DNA of 64,000 nucleotides from Candidatus Gastranaerophilales bacterium HUM_12 (GTDB lineage Bacteria; Cyanobacteriota; Vampirovibrionia; Gastranaerophilales; Gastranaerophilaceae): NCBI GenBank assembly GCA_002102825.1, contig DABJ01000027.1, positions 36,373 to 100,372 of the forward strand, read 5' to 3'. Shown piece by piece: positions 55,753 to 64,000 of this stretch (position 1 is its first letter; each line of letters starts with the position of its first letter). The notes under the pieces were generated by a model. It saw only the letters and a program-made list of their open reading frames with translations, ran no database searches and was not told where the DNA came from. The position numbers and the translations under genes were made by a program.

Positions 55753-56847
55753 TTAAAAATCCGGATTATTCTTTTGAAAATCTTTATATGATTGTTCGTA
55801 AAATTTATTCTTTTCTGCTTGGATTAAATTATTTAATCTTTCATTTATTTTGTTTTGAGTTTCAATAGTTTTATCTATAATGTCTTGATTTAAATTAGGT
55901 GAATTCTGCTCAATGTATTCATCTAAATCGTTTGAGTATTTTTCAATTGCTTCATTTGATTTTTGATTTAATTTTTCATATACACTTTTTAAATAATCTT
56001 TTGAAACAGTTGTTACGTAATAGTCTTTATTTTTTTCTAAGAATCTATCTATATAGTCTAAATCTTCATTTTTCTTTTCAGATGTCGGGTTAAAATCATC
56101 TACATTATAGTGCAATTTTTCTAATCTCTTTTCAAGTTGATACATTGGAATAGATTTATTTTTGTACCCGTTTTTTAGGTTATTAAATTCTTTTATAATA
56201 TCGTTTGCTTCTTGGTAACTGCTAAAAAGAAGTCCTACTGTTGCACTTTTATTCACATCTGCAAGGTCTTTGACTTTTCTATTTTGAAATTTATATTTGT
56301 CCAATTCTTCTAGCATATTTTGTTTTGATTCTTCAACTCTATCATAAATCGGTTCAAGCTTTTCAACTTCTTCTGAATTTTGGTACATTTTTTCTCTATT
56401 TCGTTCAATGTAATTTTGAATTTCCGGAGTTGAAAAAGAACTAGTTTCCATATTTTTTGCAGTTGCTTCAAAATATTTGATATTATTTTGGTATTGTTTA
56501 TAAGGTTGAGCTATTTTTTCTGCATTTTCAAAACTATCATTTTTTAATGCACTAACAACATTTGAAAATAAACGTTGTTCTCCTTTTTGAACGATTTTTA
56601 ATTTTTCTTGTGAATCATAACCTATTTTGGCAACTTTTATAAATTTATCTTTTGTTGCTTCTAAGTATGGTTGAACGTTATTTGCAATTTTATTTTCCAA
56701 TGTTTCAAATTGTACATCAATCATTGATTTTGGTGCACTTTCAAAACTATCATTTTGAGATGTGAAAATTGGATTTGAATTATAAATTCTATTTTGTGAA
56801 TTTTGGATATTTTTGGCAGAGTAGATATTTATTGGTAAGATTTTCAT
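55753..56847 (-). CDS. helical orphan protein with SNPIFTS N-terminal tag
   Basis: 364-aa ORF with an AAGGAG RBS 20 nt after the upstream regulator gene; K/E/N-rich, predicted all-helical. Confidence 0.55.
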   Translation of the reverse strand: MKILPINIYSAKNIQNSQNRIYNSNPIFTSQNDSFESAPKSMIDVQFETLENKIANNVQPYLEATKDKFIKVAKIGYDSQEKLKIVQKGEQRLFSNVVSALKNDSFENAEKIAQPYKQYQNNIKYFEATAKNMETSSFSTPEIQNYIERNREKMYQNSEEVEKLEPIYDRVEESKQNMLEELDKYKFQNRKVKDLADVNKSATVGLLFSSYQEANDIIKEFNNLKNGYKNKSIPMYQLEKRLEKLHYNVDDFNPTSEKKNEDLDYIDRFLEKNKDYYVTTVSKDYLKSVYEKLNQKSNEAIEKYSNDLDEYIEQNSPNLNQDIIDKTIETQNKINERLNNLIQAEKNKFYEQSYKDFQKNNPDF

Positions 56848-56867
56848 TCAAAACTCCTTATTTTGAT

Positions 56868-57386
56868 TTATTTTACACAAGAGCTACAACATGATGAGTT
56901 GTCAAAATTATTTATGTTTGCCCTACAGTTTTGACATTTGTCTTGCATTTGTCCATTTTGAGAATAATATTTGAAACTTTTTACCCATTTAGGTTCTTTG
57001 CAAGAACATTTCTCCATAAAGGTTAGGAACTGTACAAATTTTTCAAGAACATCACATGGCATGGCATATTCAATTTTTGTTGCAGAAAAGTCAACTTTTT
57101 CCGGTTCAACTTGAAGAACTTTTTCCAAAAAGTTGGCAATCGTTTGATGCCGCAAAATTTTTTCTTCTGCCTTTTTAATTCCTTTTTGTTTTATTGTAAT
57201 AATGCCGTAAGGAACATAATTTATGTATCCTCTTTGCGCTAATGTTTTAACCGCATCAGATGTTGCAGGTCCTCCGATTTTTAAATAATTTGAAACATCT
57301 TTAACTCTTGCCGCTTGATTAACTTTAACAATTTCGTAAATTGCCAAAAGATATTTTTCAAGACTTTCTGTTAGTTCTTTTTGCAC
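56868..57386 (-). CDS. DtxR/MntR-family metal-dependent regulator with atypical Cys-rich C-terminus
   Basis: N-terminal winged helix (SLEKYLLAIYEI...VKDVSNYLKIGGPATSDAVKTLAQRGYI) and dimerisation helix (ILRHQTIANFLEKVL). The tail has CSCKEP...CQNCRA...SSCCSSC. Confidence 0.75.
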   Translation of the reverse strand: MQKELTESLEKYLLAIYEIVKVNQAARVKDVSNYLKIGGPATSDAVKTLAQRGYINYVPYGIITIKQKGIKKAEEKILRHQTIANFLEKVLQVEPEKVDFSATKIEYAMPCDVLEKFVQFLTFMEKCSCKEPKWVKSFKYYSQNGQMQDKCQNCRANINNFDNSSCCSSCVK

Positions 57387-57437
57387 TTCTTTTCCCCTTT
57401 TAAAGTTAATACATTTACTATAAAGAAAAAGTGTTTT

Positions 57438-59033
57438 TTATGCAATCGAATTTTGATTTCGTTTATTCATAAAACCTGTCATTGATATGTTTTGAGTTTT
57501 CATTTCTTTAATTTTGTTTTTTACTTTTTCGTTGTGAGAATGATTTGCCAAATAGATGTTTAATTTCGGTAAAAGAACTCCGAGAGCAAGAGTTGAATAT
57601 GCCAAACCTCCGACGTGAGCCAGGTTCATCTTCCACATATTTTTCTTTGCGAATTTGCTACCTTGAGCAAGTATTTCGTTATGGCTTTTTAATGAAATAT
57701 TGTTCAACCAGTGTCTAATTCCTTTTCCTGATTTTGAAATATTAAACAAGTTTTCTTGTTTCGGGTCAAGAATATTTGCAACACCTTTTGCCGCAAAACC
57801 TCCAAGGACGAGCCAATTTAAAAATCCAAAGTAATCTCTTGTTACCGTTTCTTTTAATTCTCTTTTATTGTCAGATGCCAAAAATCTTCCAATAAGGGTT
57901 GATGCGTAAACTGTTTTAATTGCATTCCCGCTTGTAACAGGTCCGGTGAATTCAAGTTTTTTAATGAAATCTGCAGGTGATTTGATTTTCATTACACCTA
58001 ATGCCATAGCTGCCATCCCAATACTTGCAAAAATTTTTTCTGCTAGGAATAATTTGCTGGTATCTTTTTTGTTTGAAGGTTCAACCCCTTTGTAATTTGA
58101 ATCCCCTGGGAATCCACTTTTCCCTGTTCTTTTTTCCGTAAGTTTTCTATTTATATATTGGTTTGTTAGACCTAAAGTTGATGCGATTGCTAAAGCTCCA
58201 AGACCTTTGATTTTATTGATTTTTAATATTTTAGAAATCGCTTTTTCAGAGTCAATTTTTGAATTATAAAAGACATTTTTGCCTAAATCAATAGTATCTC
58301 TAAGAATATTATGTAAAGAAGAAGATAACGTCTTTTCTCCAATTTTCACATTTACTTTATCTGATTTTAGCGCATTTGTAATTCGGAATTCTAAAATGTT
58401 TTGCAATTGCTTACTGTCTTTTTCTGAAATGTTTTTGTTTTCAATAAGTTCTGAAATTAGCGAATTTATTTCTTTTCCCGATTTTAATTTATCTGCAATA
58501 TTGTTGAATTTTGGGTTATCCCATTTATAATTTTTCCATTTTGAATCATTTACCCATTCCGTGTTTGTCCAATCAATATCTTTGTAATTTTTAATCGTTT
58601 TTCCATCTCGTCCGGAAATGTTATTTAAAATATTTAAAACATAGTTTGATGATTCGGTTGTGTTTTTGTGGGCGGCTTGTAAAATTGCAATACTCTCATT
58701 TGAGAACCATGAATTTGTATTAATTGGGGTTTCAGGGGTGATTATTTTATTTGCAAGTTTTGAAATTCCTTTTGCTAAGTAGCTTGCAGAAAGGCAGACA
58801 ATTAATGTTCCTGTGAATTCTCTAAAAAATGTTTCAAAACCTGCGTTAACATTGCGTTCTTTTGTATCAATATAAGTTCTTGGTCCGACCATTGCAAATA
58901 AATCTATTCCGACTGCATTTGCCATTGGGTTTGTGTCTAAAGTTCTAAGTACTTGGGTTGCAAGTCTGTCAACTGCACCTGTAAATTGTGGTCTGTGTGG
59001 TGTAATTGTGTTGTTTGTTATATCTGTTATCAT
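57438..59033 (-). CDS. polytopic membrane orphan protein with RPQFTG N-terminal tag
   Basis: ATG at 59033 follows GGAGG (the ORF-track TTG at 59051 contains the RBS). Several hydrophobic segments (GTLIVCLSASYLAKGI, GLGALAIASTLGL, IFASIGMAAMALGVM, FLNWLVLGGFAAKGV, VGGLAYSTLALGVLL). Confidence 0.55.
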   Translation of the reverse strand: MITDITNNTITPHRPQFTGAVDRLATQVLRTLDTNPMANAVGIDLFAMVGPRTYIDTKERNVNAGFETFFREFTGTLIVCLSASYLAKGISKLANKIITPETPINTNSWFSNESIAILQAAHKNTTESSNYVLNILNNISGRDGKTIKNYKDIDWTNTEWVNDSKWKNYKWDNPKFNNIADKLKSGKEINSLISELIENKNISEKDSKQLQNILEFRITNALKSDKVNVKIGEKTLSSSLHNILRDTIDLGKNVFYNSKIDSEKAISKILKINKIKGLGALAIASTLGLTNQYINRKLTEKRTGKSGFPGDSNYKGVEPSNKKDTSKLFLAEKIFASIGMAAMALGVMKIKSPADFIKKLEFTGPVTSGNAIKTVYASTLIGRFLASDNKRELKETVTRDYFGFLNWLVLGGFAAKGVANILDPKQENLFNISKSGKGIRHWLNNISLKSHNEILAQGSKFAKKNMWKMNLAHVGGLAYSTLALGVLLPKLNIYLANHSHNEKVKNKIKEMKTQNISMTGFMNKRNQNSIA

Positions 59034-59050
59034 TTTAAATTTTTCCTCCA

Positions 59051-59089
59051 ATAAAAAAATTAAGTTCCCTAGTGTACGGAGGGAACTTA
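59051..59089 (-). terminator. intrinsic terminator (minus strand) abutting the next gene's RBS
   Basis: TAAGTTCCCT-9 nt-AGGGAACTTA 10-bp stem followed on the minus strand by a T-run. It ends about 10 nt before the GGAGG of the 57438-59033 gene. Confidence 0.7.
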
Positions 59090-59293
59090 AAAACGTCGAT
59101 TATATAATAAAGTAAAATTTATATCACAAATTAGCGTAAGTTCCGACATCGAATCTTACAGCAACAACAATTCATTTTTTTATTGGTATTTGTGTAAATC
59201 ATAATATTTCCTTTTTAAAGATATTTAATCAAAAACATTTTTTATTGTCAAGGGTAATGCTACCTAAATATAACATGTTTAGGTATGGCGAAA

Positions 59294-60289
59294 TTAATTA
59301 TGATATCTAAAACCTTTATCTTTTGCAATTGTTCTTCCTATAGATAAAATTTTTCCGCCGATACAATTTCTGCATTGAGATGGATTTTCATTTATGCAAA
59401 TTTTATTAGGGTAAATTTCATATTTAGCGCGATATTCTGTTGTTGTTACATTTGGCATAACGACATTTGCTCCACTTTGGAGTGCTAGAATCCTCCCGTT
59501 AGGATTAAGAGTCTCCATTGCTGTTGTTGCGGGAATGTTTATATCTTTTAACAAAATTCTTGTTAAAGCCATAACTTTTCTTGCCAGGTCAAAACTTCCG
59601 TTTTTACAATTTTTTAGTGGCGTATTGTGATGGGAAATAAGCGGTCCTATTCCGACCATATCTGCGTTGATTTCTTTGAAAAATAATATATCATTTGCTA
59701 GGGATTCAATTGTTTGATGAGGCAGTCCAACCAAACACCCTGTCCCTACTTCATAATCTAGTGTTTTTAAATCTTTTAAACATCTTAATCTGTTGTCAAA
59801 ATCCATGTGTGGGTGAAGTTTTTTATACAAATTTCTATCAGTTGTTTCAATTCGTATTAAATATCTGTCTGCTCCCGCATCTTTGTATGCTTTGTATTCA
59901 TCAATTGATTTTTCTCCGATACTAAGAGTTAAGGCTACATCAAACTTCTTGATTTCTTGAATGATTTTACACATTATGTCTTTGGTATAAAATGAATCTT
60001 CTCCGGATTGAAGAACAATTGTTTTATAACCCATTTCAACGGCTTTTTGTGCATACTGAATAATATCTTTCGGAGATATTCTATATCTGTCAAGACTTTT
60101 ATTTTCGCAACGAAGTCCGCAATATTCACAATGGCATTTGCAAATATTGGAAAATTCAATAAGTCCTCTCAAATGAACTTCATCTCCGACATATTCTTTT
60201 CTTATTTGGTCTGCAAGTGAAAATATTTCATCATTGATGGAGTCATCTTGTAGAATCTCAATTAGTTCTTTTTTAGTATAGTTTTTCAC
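59294..60289 (-). CDS. hydE: [FeFe]-hydrogenase maturase HydE (radical SAM)
   Basis: VGDEVHLRGLIEFSNICKCHCEYCGLRCENK, TIVLQSGED and NIPATTAM; colinear along the full length with Thermotoga HydE as I recall it. Confidence 0.8.
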   Translation of the reverse strand: MKNYTKKELIEILQDDSINDEIFSLADQIRKEYVGDEVHLRGLIEFSNICKCHCEYCGLRCENKSLDRYRISPKDIIQYAQKAVEMGYKTIVLQSGEDSFYTKDIMCKIIQEIKKFDVALTLSIGEKSIDEYKAYKDAGADRYLIRIETTDRNLYKKLHPHMDFDNRLRCLKDLKTLDYEVGTGCLVGLPHQTIESLANDILFFKEINADMVGIGPLISHHNTPLKNCKNGSFDLARKVMALTRILLKDINIPATTAMETLNPNGRILALQSGANVVMPNVTTTEYRAKYEIYPNKICINENPSQCRNCIGGKILSIGRTIAKDKGFRYHN

Positions 60290-60297
60290 GTGTTTAA

Positions 60298-61236
60298 TTA
60301 TACCATAACAAGGTCAAGTTCTTTCAACATTTCTTTGTCTTCGTTTGCATCAGAACCTACAGTTGTTAAATAATTCCCGACAAGAACAGAATTTATCCCT
60401 GCGATAATTCCAAGTTTTTGATGAAATTTGCTTAATCTTGTTGTTCTTCCGCCTGCATAACGAAGTAGAGTTTTGGGTAAAATAATCCTGAAAATACAAA
60501 TAGTTTTTAAAATTTCTTCCTCATTAATTTTATCTTCAAAGTTCTCTAAAGGTGTTCCTTTGATTGGATTTAAAAAGTTTATTGGAACAGTTTTAGGATT
60601 TAATTTCTTTAGCGAAAGTGCCATATCAATTCTATCTTCTTTTGATTCTCCCATTCCGATAATTACACCACAACATGCTTCTATTCCGTGTTTTTGAATA
60701 AGTTCTACTGTATGAATTCGGTCTTTGAAGTTGTGAGTTGTACAAATTTTTTGATGATAATTTTCTGAAGTATTGATGTTGTGGTTATATCGTTCAACTC
60801 CGGCATCTTTAATTTGTTTAATTTGTTCTTCTGATAACAATCCTAAAGATGCACAGCAATGAATACCATCAATTGATGCAACTTCTTTAATCATTTGTAA
60901 GATTTTTTGAAAATCTTTGTCATTGGGAACTCTCCCTGATGTTACTATACAAAATCTTGTCGCGCCGTTTTCTTTTGCTGAAATTGCGGCTTTTTTTACT
61001 GTTTTAACATCTAATAACGGATTGCATTTGATTTCTGCGTGGTTGTGTTTGCTTTGAGCACAGTATTTGCAATTTTCTGAACATTCACCTGTTTTTGCAC
61101 TAATAATGCTACAAGCTTCAATATTATTGTCGAAATTCTCTTCTGTAATCTTGTGAGAAATTTCAATTAGTTCAGCTACAGGTTTGTCATACAGTTCTAA
61201 AAAATCTTCTTTAGTATAGTTATCAAAATTGTTCAT
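60298..61236 (-). CDS. bioB: biotin synthase BioB (radical SAM)
   Basis: CSENCKYCAQS cluster motif, RFCIVTSG and YNHNINTS blocks. Confidence 0.85.
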   Translation of the reverse strand: MNNFDNYTKEDFLELYDKPVAELIEISHKITEENFDNNIEACSIISAKTGECSENCKYCAQSKHNHAEIKCNPLLDVKTVKKAAISAKENGATRFCIVTSGRVPNDKDFQKILQMIKEVASIDGIHCCASLGLLSEEQIKQIKDAGVERYNHNINTSENYHQKICTTHNFKDRIHTVELIQKHGIEACCGVIIGMGESKEDRIDMALSLKKLNPKTVPINFLNPIKGTPLENFEDKINEEEILKTICIFRIILPKTLLRYAGGRTTRLSKFHQKLGIIAGINSVLVGNYLTTVGSDANEDKEMLKELDLVMV

Positions 61237-61362
61237 ATAATTCTCCTTGAATATTGTTTAGGTATAGCGAATAAATTTATACTAGCACAAAAATATTTTA
61301 AATTGAAAATGTATGTTAAAAGTTGTATTATATTTTTGCAAATTATATTAAAGGAGTTTTGT

Positions 61363-61680
61363 ATGCTTGAATATAGAATAGTTTTATGTACTATAGATTC
61401 AATTAAAAATGCAAATGAATTAGCGCACAATCTTGTTAAGGCTAGATTAGCTGCCTGTGTAAATATTGTATCTGGTGTGACATCTGTTTACGAATGGGAG
61501 AATGCAATTTGTGAAGAAAATGAATATTTGTTAATTATAAAAACAAAATCTGATTTATATAAAAAATTAGAAACAAAAATCAAGGAATTTCACCCTTATG
61601 AAGTTCCTGAAATTGTTAGTTTAAAAATTGATAATGGCTCAAAATCTTATTTAGACTGGATAGAGAAAAATACATTATAA
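61363..61680 (+). CDS. cutA: divalent-cation tolerance protein CutA
   Basis: LAACVNI...SVYEWE...E..L.IKT...HPYEVPEI pattern. AAAGGAG RBS before the ATG at 61363. Confidence 0.8.
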   Translation: MLEYRIVLCTIDSIKNANELAHNLVKARLAACVNIVSGVTSVYEWENAICEENEYLLIIKTKSDLYKKLETKIKEFHPYEVPEIVSLKIDNGSKSYLDWIEKNTL

Positions 61681-62946
61681 GTTTTGATTTGTCATTAAAA
61701 TGTCGTGTCCGACATTATGCATCAAGTTTAAATAAGAATCGTAGTACGCTTGGGCTGCGCCAATATAATCTTTCAATGTCTCTTGGTGCATTGTTTCAAC
61801 TTGGATAAAGTTTTGTAAGCTTGTTTGTCCCTTTTCGTATCTTTTTGAATAAGTATTCATTAGCTTTTGAGATTCAGATAATATATTTTTATAATGTTCC
61901 ATATTTGCTTTTGCGTATTTAAATTCATTATAATCTTGTTTAAGAGCATATCTTAAATGGTTTTCAAAAGAATCTTTATCAATGTTTGAACGTTCTAAAA
62001 CAATTTTTGCTTTTTTAATATCTGGAGAATATGAATATAAAATCGGAATATCTGCACCAATTGCAATATAGGCCCCAGGGAGAGAATCTCCTCCTGTTTG
62101 GTGTGCGGTTTGATATGCTGTACCGCCACCAATTGTCAAGTTTGGAATTCGTTGTCTTTTTGCTTGGGTTACTTCTTGTTCGCTTTTGGTAATATTTGAT
62201 TCTGCAATTGCAAGAGAATAACTGTATTTCATTGCTGTATCTTCAATTGTTTGATATGGAAGAAGTGTAAGGTTTAACAAGTTTAAATCATTTATAAAAA
62301 GAGATTCTTCAATTGTGTCATACATATTTTCGGAGTTTTTTATATTAATTGTGTCGTTGAGTTTGAATTGCGCAATTAGTAAATCTGCTTTTGCTTTGTT
62401 TAAATACACAAGTTGTCTTTTATATTTCATATCTGCTTGAAGAATATCAACGTCATAATTCACATATTTTTTTGATTTTTGTTCTGCAATTGTTTTTAAG
62501 TTTTTGAAAAGTTTTTCTCTTTCTTGGAAGATAAGAACAACAGACTTCAAGTATAAAATGTTGAAATAGTTTTTCATTATTTCAATTTTTATATCATGTT
62601 CTGATGCTTTAATCTCTTTTTCAACTATATCAAGATTTGTTTGAGCAATTTTCTTCCGAATTCCTCTTTTGGCAACTTCAACAGGTACAGAAAGTCCGAA
62701 TTGACTGGAGTTTCCTCTCGTTACTCTACCTATTAAAAAATTTGACTCAAATCGTGGATTTTTCAGAGCATTTGCAATTTTGATTTCTTGTTGTAATTCT
62801 TCGGCTTTTTTCCTCTTAGATTTCAAATCAAGATTATTCTCTAAGGCAAGATTTACGGCATTATCAAGCGTAATGTGGACAACCTGACTGCTTGTGGGTA
62901 AGCATATAGAAAATAATAAAAATAATGTAATAACAATTTTTTTCAT
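61675..62946 (-). CDS. TolC-family outer membrane efflux protein
   Basis: Signal peptide, two tandem helical-repeat halves, and the LTLDNAVNLALENNLDLK opening typical of OEP/TolC proteins. Confidence 0.75.
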   Translation of the reverse strand: MKKIVITLFLLFSICLPTSSQVVHITLDNAVNLALENNLDLKSKRKKAEELQQEIKIANALKNPRFESNFLIGRVTRGNSSQFGLSVPVEVAKRGIRKKIAQTNLDIVEKEIKASEHDIKIEIMKNYFNILYLKSVVLIFQEREKLFKNLKTIAEQKSKKYVNYDVDILQADMKYKRQLVYLNKAKADLLIAQFKLNDTINIKNSENMYDTIEESLFINDLNLLNLTLLPYQTIEDTAMKYSYSLAIAESNITKSEQEVTQAKRQRIPNLTIGGGTAYQTAHQTGGDSLPGAYIAIGADIPILYSYSPDIKKAKIVLERSNIDKDSFENHLRYALKQDYNEFKYAKANMEHYKNILSESQKLMNTYSKRYEKGQTSLQNFIQVETMHQETLKDYIGAAQAYYDSYLNLMHNVGHDILMTNQNL

Positions 62947-63069
62947 AATAATATCCGAAGTTTTTACAATTGTATTCTATCACGAATAGAATAATATTAT
63001 TAGTTGATGTAAAGATGTAAATTTTTAGTTATATTTCAATAGTTGGATAAGTTTAAAGTGAAAGTGAAA

Positions 63070-64000
63070 ATGAATAAGAAGATATTATTAATTTTAGGAT
63101 TATTAGCAATAACATCAAACTCTGTTTGGGCAATGCAAAACCCGGATAGCTCATTGCTTGTTAAAGGTTTTCAAAATTTAGAATCTATTCAAAAGATTGA
63201 TGTGATAAATCAATTGTCTGCAATTGCAGACAATGATGATGTTGTTTTTTCTAGAATTTGGCCTAAAGAATATTTTAAAGACAAAAATGTAACTTCTTAT
63301 ATTTACCTTACAAAAAATGATGGAAATTCTTTGGATATAATAAAATTTGATATCCCGAAAAATACGGAAAATTGTATGACAAAAGATAATCCGGAGTTTT
63401 GTATTCCAAAAGTTATTCCGTCAATTGATACTTTTATTTTTGACGAGCGTTTGTTATATGAACGGACTCCGAATTTTATAACAAGTCCGACTCAAAAAGA
63501 AATTTTGGAAATTTTATTAAAAGACAGCAAGTATTTTGATACGATGAAAATAAAATCTCTTCCAAGCATTTCCAAACCTCCGGTATCAAGAAAATGTGAT
63601 TTTGTCGGAAATCTAATGACAAAATGTCAAACTTTTGAAAAAGATTCAGAAGTTTTAATTTCGACAGAAGAAGTTTTATTCAAAACTCCTGTAACAGAGT
63701 TAGACGAAAATCCAATGGCAAAAGCTTTGAAGTATGTAAAATATGATTCCAACGGTAAAAAGGTCGAAGAGTATGTATATTCAACCTCGAAACATACATT
63801 TTTTGATGAAAACGGTAAAATAATTTCTCAAGAACAAATTAATGACTCCACTTTTGAGTATATGAATAATGACTTATTTATTAATGTTGAATTCAAAAAA
63901 GATTCAGATGGTAAAATTCTTACAGAACTTCATTATGATAGAAATCATAAACTCATGAGAAAATATTCCGCAGAGTACAATTCAAATGGTGAAATTTCTA
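63070..64000 (+). CDS. secreted protein with YwqK/MORN-variant-like repeats, 3' end outside the window
   Basis: ATG at 63070, signal peptide MNKKILLILGLLAITSNSVWA. The frame is open to the window end, and the C-terminal part shows Y..NGK..EE / FDENGKII / DSDGKIL repeats. Confidence 0.6.
   Translation, partial: MNKKILLILGLLAITSNSVWAMQNPDSSLLVKGFQNLESIQKIDVINQLSAIADNDDVVFSRIWPKEYFKDKNVTSYIYLTKNDGNSLDIIKFDIPKNTENCMTKDNPEFCIPKVIPSIDTFIFDERLLYERTPNFITSPTQKEILEILLKDSKYFDTMKIKSLPSISKPPVSRKCDFVGNLMTKCQTFEKDSEVLISTEEVLFKTPVTELDENPMAKALKYVKYDSNGKKVEEYVYSTSKHTFFDENGKIISQEQINDSTFEYMNNDLFINVEFKKDSDGKILTELHYDRNHKLMRKYSAEYNSNGEIS

Noticed and set aside
1-64000. CRISPR arrays, rRNA genes, IS elements/transposases, prophage genes
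   Set aside because: I saw no regularly spaced 25-40-nt repeats, no rRNA-like conserved stretches, and no DDE or tyrosine-recombinase motifs in any ORF.

Overview
About 64 kb of AT-rich (roughly 30% GC by eye) bacterial chromosome, densely coding on both strands. It holds about 60 protein genes and two tRNAs (Asp-GUC, Asn-GUU). I saw no rRNA, no CRISPR array, and no recognisable transposase or integrase.

Backbone genes are housekeeping: rsmG, recG, ruvB, recO, glycogen synthase plus a GH57 branching enzyme, purine nucleoside phosphorylase, rluD, lspA, an M16 peptidase, pilT, comEC, a lytic transglycosylase, an NAD-type isocitrate dehydrogenase, hydE, bioB, cutA and a TolC-like outer-membrane protein. 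This indicates a diderm. The gene set fits a non-photosynthetic cyanobacterial relative such as Melainabacteria, but that is only a guess that needs a database search.

Two accessory patches interrupt the backbone:
- Around tRNA-Asp (29.8-37.4 kb) lies a run of orphan genes. They include an ADP-ribosyltransferase-like gene bracketed by perfect 26-nt direct repeats, a transglutaminase-like Cys-protease-like protein, a signal-peptide-bearing CDA-fold deaminase, a CheD-like protein, a DUF1848 protein and a decayed cupin. An 18-nt duplicate of the tRNA 3' end is also present.
- Downstream of tRNA-Asn (43.2-53.7 kb) modules are delimited by related junction repeats. One is a 672-aa orphan ORF bracketed by ~180-nt direct repeats. 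Another is a 7.3-kb succinate-to-4-hydroxybutyrate module (cat1, sucD, 4hbD) with an AiiA-like lactonase wedged between a soluble CitA/DcuS-type kinase and its response regulator.

The most unusual signal is a short N-terminal tag: a polar N/S/T/Q tract followed by x-F-[T/K/G/R]-[G/S/A/M]. It recurs on at least eleven otherwise unrelated orphan proteins, several with toxin- or effector-like folds, and none of them has a Sec signal. I propose it as a candidate undescribed targeting or processing signal.

All functional calls come from motif and colinearity recognition by eye. No search or computation was run.
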